The translations under genes and the position numbers were made by a program. Below, in pieces: positions 39,316 to 40,380 of a stretch of DNA of 40,380 nt; the stretch's first letter is position 1, and every line of letters starts with the position of its first letter. This DNA is from Chlamydiota bacterium (GTDB lineage: Bacteria; Chlamydiota; Chlamydiia; Chlamydiales; JAJFMA01): NCBI GenBank assembly GCA_021772415.1, contig JAJFMA010000096.1:1-40380 (forward strand), in the 5' to 3' direction. The notes beneath the pieces were generated by a model. It made no database searches and was not told the DNA's origin. It saw nothing but the letters and a program-made list of their open reading frames with translations.

Positions 39316-40341
39316 TTACCTAGCTAAATTCATGATTAGGCGCTCCAGAAGGAAGTCTGGAGCAAGTGAGCTGTTTTTTGCTGTGAGCTCGGTCTCTTCA
39401 ATGGAAAGGAGTCCACGCTTGAAGCGTTGCATCCCGTAGCCGCGAGCGAGCTGTATGTGTTTATCTAAGATCTTGCCATACATATGGCGGAATTGCGCTG
39501 TAATGTCCGCGGGGTTGCCACCGTTGGCGAGGATAGAACAGACCTGGAACTCCGTCTGAAACTGGCGCCGCAGCTGGACGATCATACCTATAAGCGGGGC
39601 TCCTCCATCGAGAAGATGGCGTGCGACAAGTAGTGCCGCAGCAGCATCAAGGCGGAAGACAGCCTCGGACAGCTGAAAGATCGTATCGATGTCCACACGT
39701 GTGCATATTGCCGCCACATCGGCGACAGTGATCTGTGGGCGGTCGCCCACGTAGCAGATGAGTTTCTCCATCTCCATGCGCAGGAGCGCTTTGTCGAGAC
39801 CTGTCTGCTTAACGAGCGTCTGGACAGCGCGAGGCTCCATCTTCTTGCCTTCAGCAGACACGTTCTCTTGGAGCCATTGACAGTAGGCGGACTCTTTTTC
39901 CCATGGCTTCTTTTCGGCCAGCGACAGGATGACACCTGCCTTTTCGGCTTTTTTATACACGCGAGTATTCGCTGCTAGCGCTGTCGCCGACGCGACAAAT
40001 TTCACCGATGGGTTGGGCTTATCGAGGTAGGATTCAAGAGCTTTAAGCGCGTCTTTCTTCATCTTATCCATGCGACGCAGCAGGACAATTTTGCTGTCCG
40101 ACAGGAAAGGGATGGTGTTGAGCTCGTCTAAGACAGCGTCGATTTTAGTCGTTTCGCCATCGAACGTTTTGAGTATGAGATCGTGGTCGGCGCCTTCACC
40201 AAGGAGTTCTTTGAGAGTCAACGCCACAGCTTCGTCACACTCGGCTGTATCTTTGCTGATGATCACATAGACATCGGCATACTGCTGTGCGTTGCAGGCG
40301 GACAGGTGTTTTTGGTAGGCGCGTGTATTATCGTACTTCAT
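39316..40341 (-). CDS. holA: DNA polymerase III delta subunit
   Basis: 341 aa; LNTIPFLSDSKIVL, EMEKLICY and IFQLSEAV pattern. Confidence 0.85.
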   Translation of the reverse strand: MKYDNTRAYQKHLSACNAQQYADVYVIISKDTAECDEAVALTLKELLGEGADHDLILKTFDGETTKIDAVLDELNTIPFLSDSKIVLLRRMDKMKKDALKALESYLDKPNPSVKFVASATALAANTRVYKKAEKAGVILSLAEKKPWEKESAYCQWLQENVSAEGKKMEPRAVQTLVKQTGLDKALLRMEMEKLICYVGDRPQITVADVAAICTRVDIDTIFQLSEAVFRLDAAAALLVARHLLDGGAPLIGMIVQLRRQFQTEFQVCSILANGGNPADITAQFRHMYGKILDKHIQLARGYGMQRFKRGLLSIEETELTAKNSSLAPDFLLERLIMNLAR

Positions 40342-40380
40342 AGCGCAGCATTATACCCGAGACGCTCCAGCATCACAACA

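Overview
Bacterial chromosome segment, most likely from an environmental member of the Chlamydiae. The basis is gene content and order as I recall them from Chlamydia: mqnE-mqnA-menG, dciA-gyrB-gyrA-tmk-holB, a Pkn1-type kinase/FGE fusion, a long YidC near lgt, and a CT053-like gene before hemW with rsmI-like and holA nearby. Housekeeping genes are interleaved with accessory genes: a four-helix-bundle gene, a mitochondrial-carrier-like protein, a RAYT/HUH transposase with a DnaA-C-like tail, a fibro-slime PEP-CTERM protein, three secreted low-complexity proteins, a system II cytochrome c maturation cluster and a phosphotransferase. There is one tRNA-Pro(UGG). The most striking aspect is the intergenic DNA, which holds at least six unrelated repeat families. 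The best candidate for an undescribed system is the RAYT gene (19021-19998), bracketed by inverted copies of a 34-36 nt motif. The downstream copy is expanded into an array of nested, 3'-coterminal units joined at TTTT|AC junctions (20053-20224). The four-helix-bundle gene shows the same 'gene between inverted, expanded repeat arrays' layout. MITE-like elements with 3-bp target duplications and a hairpin bracketed by a 30-bp direct repeat are also present. All family assignments come from motif reading only; no database searches were run.
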